Source: Acidobacteriota bacterium (lineage in GTDB: Bacteria > Acidobacteriota > UBA6911 > RPQK01 > JADFOI01). Taken from it: a DNA stretch of 64,000 bases. A program made the position numbers and the translations under genes. The DNA lies in NCBI GenBank assembly GCA_965218935.1, contig CBDCMH010000011.1, forward strand, positions 194,406 to 258,405. Direction: 5' to 3'. The notes under the pieces were generated by a model. It was not told the origin of the DNA and did no database searches. It worked only from the letters and a program-made list of their open reading frames with translations. Numbering within the stretch: position 1 is the stretch's first letter; every line of letters begins with the position of its first letter. Shown here piece by piece: positions 57,920-64,000 of this stretch.

Positions 57920-59263
57920 ATGAAAGCTCCTCCCCCTGGAACTGAAAAAAACATTTCTTATCCGGAAATCCCTGACCAGCAGCTCTCCAACGGACTCCGC
58001 ATTCTGGTGGTCCCGGATGATCGCCTTCCCCAAATGTTTTTGACACTGGTGTTACCCGCAGGTCGAGTCAGTAATCCGGACGACAATCTGGCTCTCGTCT
58101 CCCTGACCGCGGAAATGGTCAAAAATGGCACTCACTCTCGCTCCGCCCAAGACATTTCCGATTTCGTTGATCGGCGGGCTATTGAATACCAGAGTGAAGT
58201 CCTGATGGAGCACAGCTTCCTCTCCATGACCTTCCTTGAAGACCAGATGGAGCCTGCATTCGAGCTTCTTACCGATATGGTTTCCAATGCGAATTTCCCT
58301 GAGGATGAGTTGGAGAAAACGAAGGTTCGGTGGAAAAGTGACCTGATTGATCAGCGCTCACAACCCAGTTTTCTGGCCAATGAATGCACCTTCAGGATGT
58401 TCTATCCCCATCACCCTTATGCCAAAGTCAGTATGACAGCCGAGCACCTGGAGCAAACCCAACGAGAATCCGTACAGGAAACCTATCAACATCATTACGG
58501 TCCGGGAAACGCCCATCTCCTGATGGCCGGCCCTTTCGATGGGAATCGGGCCGTTGAACTGGGAAACCGTTTTCTGGGAAGCTGGGCCAACGGAAAGACA
58601 CCTTCGGTCAGTTATCCACGGCCTGCAGACCTAGACGGCCGGTTCGTCTGTCTGATCCACCGCCCCCACTCCGTCCAGTCACAGATCCTGGTGGCGGGTC
58701 GAACACTCCCCAGACTGGATCCTGATGCGATTGCCCTCAAGGTCACCAACCAGGTCCTGGGGGGTGGAGCGAGTGCTCGCCTCTTTCTCAACCTGCGTGA
58801 ACAAAAAGGCTACACCTATGGGGCCTACAGTCGACTGAAGAGCTATCGTTACGATGGTCTTTTTATGGCCGGGGCAAGCGTCAAAACGGAAGTCACCCGG
58901 GAGTCCATCGAAGAGATTTTCAAGGAGTTGGAAGGCCTGCGTGAGCGGCTCCCTGAAGAAAAGGAACTGGAGCGCTGTCAACAGGAGCTCATCGGGAGCT
59001 TTATCCGCCAAATGGAGACCCCGGCTTCCATCGGTGTTCTGGAGCTCGACCGCCGCATTCATGAGCTGCCGACTGACTTCTACAGGAACTTCATCCCTGA
59101 AATTCGGGGGGTAACGGCGGAGAAGGTGGTGGAAATGGCAAGGCGCTTTTTTGATCCGAACCGATCGGTCGTGACCGTTGTTGCGGACCGGGAGCGCGTG
59201 GAAGAAGAACTCCGAGGGATCGGTGAGCTTCGTGTTTACGATATCAACGGCACTCCCCTATAA
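57920..59263 (+). CDS. M16 family peptidase, non-catalytic partner
   Basis: M16 fold motifs without HxxEH. This is the typical paired arrangement. Confidence 0.8.
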   Translation: MKAPPPGTEKNISYPEIPDQQLSNGLRILVVPDDRLPQMFLTLVLPAGRVSNPDDNLALVSLTAEMVKNGTHSRSAQDISDFVDRRAIEYQSEVLMEHSFLSMTFLEDQMEPAFELLTDMVSNANFPEDELEKTKVRWKSDLIDQRSQPSFLANECTFRMFYPHHPYAKVSMTAEHLEQTQRESVQETYQHHYGPGNAHLLMAGPFDGNRAVELGNRFLGSWANGKTPSVSYPRPADLDGRFVCLIHRPHSVQSQILVAGRTLPRLDPDAIALKVTNQVLGGGASARLFLNLREQKGYTYGAYSRLKSYRYDGLFMAGASVKTEVTRESIEEIFKELEGLRERLPEEKELERCQQELIGSFIRQMETPASIGVLELDRRIHELPTDFYRNFIPEIRGVTAEKVVEMARRFFDPNRSVVTVVADRERVEEELRGIGELRVYDINGTPL

Positions 59264-59278
59264 TCGATCGAAAAGCCT

Positions 59279-59593
59279 ATGTCGCATGAAGAGCATTACG
59301 AAAAGGGAATGGAGCATTTTGCTGAGGATCAACTTGAACTTGCCATCGAGGAGCTCAAGAAGGCCGTTGAAGCAGATCCGGCATTCGGAGATGCCCTGCA
59401 TGCCCTGACCATGTGCTACTACCATCACGGGGATCTCGATCAAGCGCTGGAATACGGCAAACGATTTCGGGACCAGGAACCCTCCAACGCTCTGGCTTAC
59501 ACCAGCCTCTCCATGATCTACCACGCCAAAGGCATGGTTCCGGAGGCGGAAGAAATGGGTGCAAAGGCCGGGACCGCAGAGCAGTCTGAGTAA
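59279..59593 (+). CDS. TPR repeat protein
   Basis: Three TPR-like helical repeats (AIEELKKAVEADPAFGDALHAL..., ALEYGKRF...). Confidence 0.55.
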   Translation: MSHEEHYEKGMEHFAEDQLELAIEELKKAVEADPAFGDALHALTMCYYHHGDLDQALEYGKRFRDQEPSNALAYTSLSMIYHAKGMVPEAEEMGAKAGTAEQSE

Positions 59594-59659
59594 ACCGGAT
59601 GAGTGGACCCGAATTTAGGTAGCAGCCCCTTACTACTCGTGCTTCGTCACGAAAACCTA

Positions 59660-59688
59660 TGTATAATCCCGGCTGGAGTTGGGCAAGG
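59660..59688 (+). promoter_or_regulatory. recurrent motif copy e, extended (TGTATAATCCCGGCTGGAGTTGGGCAAGG), 115-140 nt upstream of metallophosphoesterase gene
   Basis: Exact TATAAT followed by CCCGGCT. The extended match to copy c continues through GGAGTTG..CAAGG. Confidence 0.45.
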
Positions 59689-59802
59689 AAATGGAAGAGA
59701 CGAGCCGAGGTCTCCACCCACCCCAGCTGAGTGGGCGCCCAGCCTGATCCATGCCTTTAAGAGCAGCGGCTATCGTGGTATCTTTCAGCGCCCCACTGAA
59801 AA

Positions 59803-60657
59803 ATGTCGGAGAAGAAGAGTCGAAGAACCCTCCTGAAAATGTTCGGATACAGCGTGCTGGGTTCCGGTGTTGCAGCCCTGAGCACCTATCAATACAGCTT
59901 GCGAGCTGAGACCCAATGGCTGCAACTGGAAAGAGTCACCATTCCGGTGGAAAATCTGGGCTCCTCCTTCGATGGGTTTAAAATCGCCCTCCTGGCTGAC
60001 TTCCATCTCTATCCCCACACCGAGATCGAACTCATCCAACGGGCAGTGGCCCTGGCCAATGATCTCAATCCTGACCTGATCGCCCTTTTAGGGGATTATG
60101 TCCTCGATGAAGCCGATTCGATTTTTGAATTAGCCCCCGCGCTGGCCCAGCTCAATGCCCGAGAGGGGGTCTTTTCCGTCCTGGGGAATCACGATCATTG
60201 GAAAGGCGGCAGAATCGTCCGCAGAGGCCTGGAGGAGTCCGGCTTGCCTGTCCTGAACAACTCCGGTCTCACTCTGAACAGAGGGCAGGAGAGAATCTAT
60301 TTGGCGGGTCTGGATGACGGATGGGTGCGTCGCTCGAATCTCTCCCAGGCTCTGGAGGAGCAACCCCAGGGCGTGCCCACCATCCTGCTCATGCATGAGC
60401 CCGATTTTGCCGACACCTTCAGTGCCGATGGCCGAATCTCCGTTCAACTGTCCGCACACAGCCACGGAGGCCAGGTGCGATTGCCCGGCATCGGGGCTCC
60501 CGTTCTGCCTCGTTACGGCAGAAGATATGATCAGGGTCTTTATCGCGTTCAAGATATGTGGCTGTATACCAACCGTGGTATTGGTGTGACCCACCCACCC
60601 GTGCGCTTCAATTGTCGACCTGAAGTCACCGAGATTACGTTGGCAGCCCGCTCCTGA
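59803..60657 (+). CDS. Tat-exported metallophosphoesterase (calcineurin-like)
   Basis: SRRTLLK twin-arginine signal. GDYV and GNHDHW metallophosphatase motifs. Confidence 0.75.
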   Translation: MSEKKSRRTLLKMFGYSVLGSGVAALSTYQYSLRAETQWLQLERVTIPVENLGSSFDGFKIALLADFHLYPHTEIELIQRAVALANDLNPDLIALLGDYVLDEADSIFELAPALAQLNAREGVFSVLGNHDHWKGGRIVRRGLEESGLPVLNNSGLTLNRGQERIYLAGLDDGWVRRSNLSQALEEQPQGVPTILLMHEPDFADTFSADGRISVQLSAHSHGGQVRLPGIGAPVLPRYGRRYDQGLYRVQDMWLYTNRGIGVTHPPVRFNCRPEVTEITLAARS

Positions 60658-62191
60658 ACTCGTTGGGCCAGGGTGGCAAAGAACTGGGGCCAGGCACTTG
60701 CAGCTCCGGCATGGGTTCGGACTGAAACAACCTTCGAAGCGGCTTGGCCACCCACGACGCCCAATTGGCCGCCTTCTTCATCCGGGCACTGTCGGTAGCC
60801 AGGCCGGTGCCGGCGTACATTTGCCGGTAGAGCTTTGAAAGCAACATAAAGGCAAGCCGGGAACGCACGGTCGGCGTAACGCGGGATCGACGCCAAATCG
60901 ACGACAGGGTATAAAAACGGTCCCAGACGACTTGGGTGTTCTGTCGGATCTCTTCGATGGACATCTCTGGATGGGGTATAAACAGCCTCGGTCGAACCGG
61001 CCTGGGAATGAGCCAGAATCGGGTCAGAGGATGACCTTCAATGCGGGTGGGGTCGTTCTCCATATTTTTTTCCCAGCGCATGAAATCCACCGTTCCGGGA
61101 AATGGCGTCAAGGTCACGAACTGGGCAAAGGCTATGCCGGCATCTTTGGCCACAGAGACAGTCTTGTCGAAGGTTTCCGTGCGGTCGCTGGCCAGTCCAA
61201 AAATAAACGAGCCCAGGACATGAACCCCATGTTTTGGGAAAACTTGAAGCCGACGGACCAGGTCATCGCCCGCCGAGTTGAACTCCTTGTAGACCGTCTT
61301 CAGACCTTCCGGGGTGACCGATTCAACCCCCACCAGGGCTCCCTTGATGTGGGCTCGACACATGGCGTCCAGAAATTCCGGGTCCTCCGCAGCCTCCATC
61401 GTGATTTGGGTAAAAAAGCACATGTCCTTCGGCAACCTGGCCAACCGGTCCATCAATTCAAACCTCTCCTGGCGGATGGCCTGCAGCTCGGCAAGCCGCT
61501 GGGGTTGATTACGACTCTCCGCCAGTTTCAAATCCTGGAGCGTCACGGGATAAAAGTTGTCATCGGCCAGCGCGATGAATCGATACCCCTGGCGACGAAG
61601 TGCGACAATCTCTTCGAGGACCCGATCCACAACCGGCTGTCTGGGACGTTGTCCATCAGTTCGCCATACCGAACAAAAGGAGCAGTGTTTGGGACATCCG
61701 CGCACCGTTTGGACCGATGCCCACATATATCCGCGGGGCGGCAGTAGATCCCAGCGCGCCGGCAGGAACTGGTCCGGCTCGATTTGCCCTCCTTCGTAGA
61801 GCTGCTGGGGACCCCCGTTGGCGCAATCGGCCAACACCTTCCCCCAAACCGCGTCTCCGTCGCCTTTGACCACTGCGTGAGCACCCCCTAACTCGTAGGC
61901 TTCCTCCGGGTAGAGGGTGGCATGAATTCCACCAAAGACGACGTAGGCTCCCTTCTCGCGAGCCTTCCGCCCGTCCTCGTAACCGCGCAGCGCATTGAGA
62001 GTATGAATCCCGATTCCCACCACGTCGCCCGGTTGAATCTGTGAAAAGTCAAAGGGTTCCAGCGTTTCATCAACCGTCCTGGGATCTCCGAAATCGCTTG
62101 GAGTGGCAGCGGCGAGAACGTACAACCAGCGCGGAGTAATCACTCCGATACCGAAAGCAACGTCACTGGGATTGACCAAATACACCTGCAT
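60635..62191 (-). CDS. B12-binding domain radical SAM protein (with DUF4070-like C-terminus)
   Basis: N-terminal B12-binding-like region and CPKHCSFCS (CxxxCxxC) radical SAM cluster motif. Confidence 0.85.
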   Translation of the reverse strand: MQVYLVNPSDVAFGIGVITPRWLYVLAAATPSDFGDPRTVDETLEPFDFSQIQPGDVVGIGIHTLNALRGYEDGRKAREKGAYVVFGGIHATLYPEEAYELGGAHAVVKGDGDAVWGKVLADCANGGPQQLYEGGQIEPDQFLPARWDLLPPRGYMWASVQTVRGCPKHCSFCSVWRTDGQRPRQPVVDRVLEEIVALRRQGYRFIALADDNFYPVTLQDLKLAESRNQPQRLAELQAIRQERFELMDRLARLPKDMCFFTQITMEAAEDPEFLDAMCRAHIKGALVGVESVTPEGLKTVYKEFNSAGDDLVRRLQVFPKHGVHVLGSFIFGLASDRTETFDKTVSVAKDAGIAFAQFVTLTPFPGTVDFMRWEKNMENDPTRIEGHPLTRFWLIPRPVRPRLFIPHPEMSIEEIRQNTQVVWDRFYTLSSIWRRSRVTPTVRSRLAFMLLSKLYRQMYAGTGLATDSARMKKAANWASWVAKPLRRLFQSEPMPELQVPGPSSLPPWPNEFRSGLPT

Positions 62192-62584
62192 TAAGCTACT
62201 CTACTCCCTTTCTCAGCACTCTACTCTACTTTCCCCCTCTGCGCTTTTGTTCACAAGGTAGGATTAGGGTAAAGACAACATCAGGCTATCAAGAAAGCCT
62301 CGTTTAGGCTAGTGGAAGCACCATATTCTCACGAGTTGCACATCCCCACTGAACACACACGATCGTTGCACTTTTTATGACCTGGCGTGCAGCTTCGCGA
62401 ACATCCTTAACCCATAACACACCGTTAAGTGGTTCATTCCAATTCGCTTAGCTTCTTCCGGGGCCAAGTGGAATAGATCTTGCTGTCCAACATCGGGGGT
62501 GGCCCTGCTCACCAACAAGGATGTCTACCATACCTCCTTTCGACAGGGCCTATCCCATCTAAGCCAGGCTTGGGAGGGATCAAA

Positions 62585-63142
62585 TTGAGATGGTTCGTTT
62601 GGGTGCTGGCCTGCACACCCCTGTTCGGGTCAGACGCCGTCATTTTCACCGGCACCGCTACCGTTGAGCAGTCTTGCGATCCAACTTTCCAGGTCACCAG
62701 CGGCTTCAAGCTGACGGTTCAACTGGATAACTCCATCTTGCCACTGGATGCCAGCCGAGATTCGGGATTCGGTTACTACGACGGTCTGGTCCAGAGCTGG
62801 TCCTTCAGCTGGGATGACCCTGTGCTGAGTTTTTGGTCAGGCACTTTCACAGGGACGGGTGGAGTGAACATCGCCAACGATCAGGGTGGTCGGGACCGGT
62901 GGCAGGTCAGAGGTGAAGTAGCGGGTTTGACCAATTTTACCGTGACTCTTCTGGATGGGGACGCAACGATCTACTCGGATGATCGTCTGCGACTCATCCC
63001 ACCGGACCTCTCTGAGATTGAAGAAGACGTCCTTCAGGGCGTCTTTGAAACTGAGCGGATGACGTTTCGAATTATGAGCGGCCTCAACGCCTCACTAGCG
63101 GACAAGTTATCTTTGTCCCCGGAGCCCGCGACCTGTGATTAG
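62585..63142 (+). CDS. hypothetical secreted protein (TTG start)
   Basis: A TTG preceded by GGGAGGGA gives the signal (M)RWFVWVLACTPLFGSDA. The beta-rich body has no known domain, and the upstream part of the ORF lacks an RBS. Confidence 0.45.
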   Translation: MRWFVWVLACTPLFGSDAVIFTGTATVEQSCDPTFQVTSGFKLTVQLDNSILPLDASRDSGFGYYDGLVQSWSFSWDDPVLSFWSGTFTGTGGVNIANDQGGRDRWQVRGEVAGLTNFTVTLLDGDATIYSDDRLRLIPPDLSEIEEDVLQGVFETERMTFRIMSGLNASLADKLSLSPEPATCD

Positions 63143-63156
63143 ACAGAAGATCAGTC

Positions 63157-63879
63157 TCACCAACGATCGATACGCCGAGCGTGGTAATGAGGCTGGTTGA
63201 AGAATTGAACCGTGGGCTGTTTGAACAATCCGACCAGGAGTAAACCTGCTATGAATCCTCCGATGTGAGCGAACCAGGCAACTCCGCCCCCGCCCTGGCC
63301 AAACGCTAAGGTTCCCTGAAAGATCTGAATGACAAAATAGAATCCCAGAGCAAATCCGGCCGGAATGTACATCACCCGGATAAAGAAGCCCAAGAAAATC
63401 AAAACCAGGACCTGTGCCCGAGGGTACAACAAGATGTAAGCACCCAGAATCCCCGAGATGGCACCACTGGCACCGATAGTAGGAATCTCTGAGGTGAGAT
63501 CGGTGAGAAAATGGGCCATGGAAGCCGCTACGCCCGTAAGTAGGTAGAACAGGATGAATCGCCCGTGGCCCATAGCGTCCTCGATATTGTTGCCGAAGAT
63601 CCACAGGTAAAGCATGTTGCCGATCAGATGCATGAATCCACCGTGTAGAAACATGCTGGTGAAGATGCTGAACGAGGCAGGAATGGCGACCAGCTCGACA
63701 GGGAGACTTTGGGAGCCGAAGACAACAGCGGGAATGGCACCAAACTGGTAAATAAACACTTCGGCTCCGCCTGGCCCCAGTGAAATCTGGTAGAGGAACA
63801 CCAGGACGTTCAAAACGATGAGGCCCACGGTCATCACCGGTATGATCTTGGTGGGATTGTCATCGCGCAGTGGGATCAT
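63157..63879 (-). CDS. rhomboid family intramembrane serine protease
   Basis: GASGAISG (Ser nucleophile) and AHIGGF (His) motifs in a six-TM core. Confidence 0.85.
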   Translation of the reverse strand: MIPLRDDNPTKIIPVMTVGLIVLNVLVFLYQISLGPGGAEVFIYQFGAIPAVVFGSQSLPVELVAIPASFSIFTSMFLHGGFMHLIGNMLYLWIFGNNIEDAMGHGRFILFYLLTGVAASMAHFLTDLTSEIPTIGASGAISGILGAYILLYPRAQVLVLIFLGFFIRVMYIPAGFALGFYFVIQIFQGTLAFGQGGGGVAWFAHIGGFIAGLLLVGLFKQPTVQFFNQPHYHARRIDRW

Positions 63880-64000
63880 CCAATTATCCTACGGGTGATT
63901 GTTGTTCCATGCTAACGCCTTCGCGAAGAGGAAGGCAATGGAAAAGGCCAGAATGGAAAGGAAACCGAAACATCGGTTTCTGTCGTCTTCCGGGACTTTC

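Noticed and set aside
63887-64000. Partial ORF on the minus strand at the window end
   Set aside because: Only ~38 codons are visible, with no motif. It is insufficient to call.

Overview
This is a GC-rich (~57%) bacterial chromosomal segment. It encodes a partial DUF1552 protein, a secreted ankyrin-repeat protein and two TonB-dependent receptors with carboxypeptidase-regulatory-like N-termini. There is a CBM9/DUF5916-like protein and an asd-dapB-dapA-dapD lysine-biosynthesis operon. Other housekeeping genes include an aminotransferase, a cysteine desulfurase, Hsp20, RidA, tRNA-Phe(GAA), MsrAB, M16 peptidases, a B12-radical-SAM enzyme and a rhomboid protease. The gene content is consistent with Acidobacteria or Planctomycetes (inference only). 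Four features stand out. (1) A minus-strand periplasmic redox module at 7.7-13.1 kb: a GMC flavoenzyme, a Tat small subunit, a monoheme cytochrome c fused to a Dabb barrel, a Tat PQQ-like beta-propeller and a Tat cupredoxin-like protein that lacks the copper-binding Cys. (2) A c-di-GMP/pilin neighbourhood at 33.7-44.3 kb: three PilZ proteins, a GAF-HD-GYP protein, a PAS regulator and a type IV pilin, carrying two copies of a ~130-150 nt repeated element. (3) A recurrent 17-30 nt motif (-10-like hexamer plus CC[C/G]GGCTAG) present five times. (4) Two IS elements: an ISNCY-like element with duplicated terminal repeats 236 bp upstream of a TonB receptor, and an IS3-family element splitting a DUF4159 gene, which lies next to a 35-bp inverted-repeat structure. 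One DUF72 paralog carries an in-frame TAG codon. A ~400 nt hairpin-rich region precedes asd. Hand-counted coordinates may be off by 1 nt in places.
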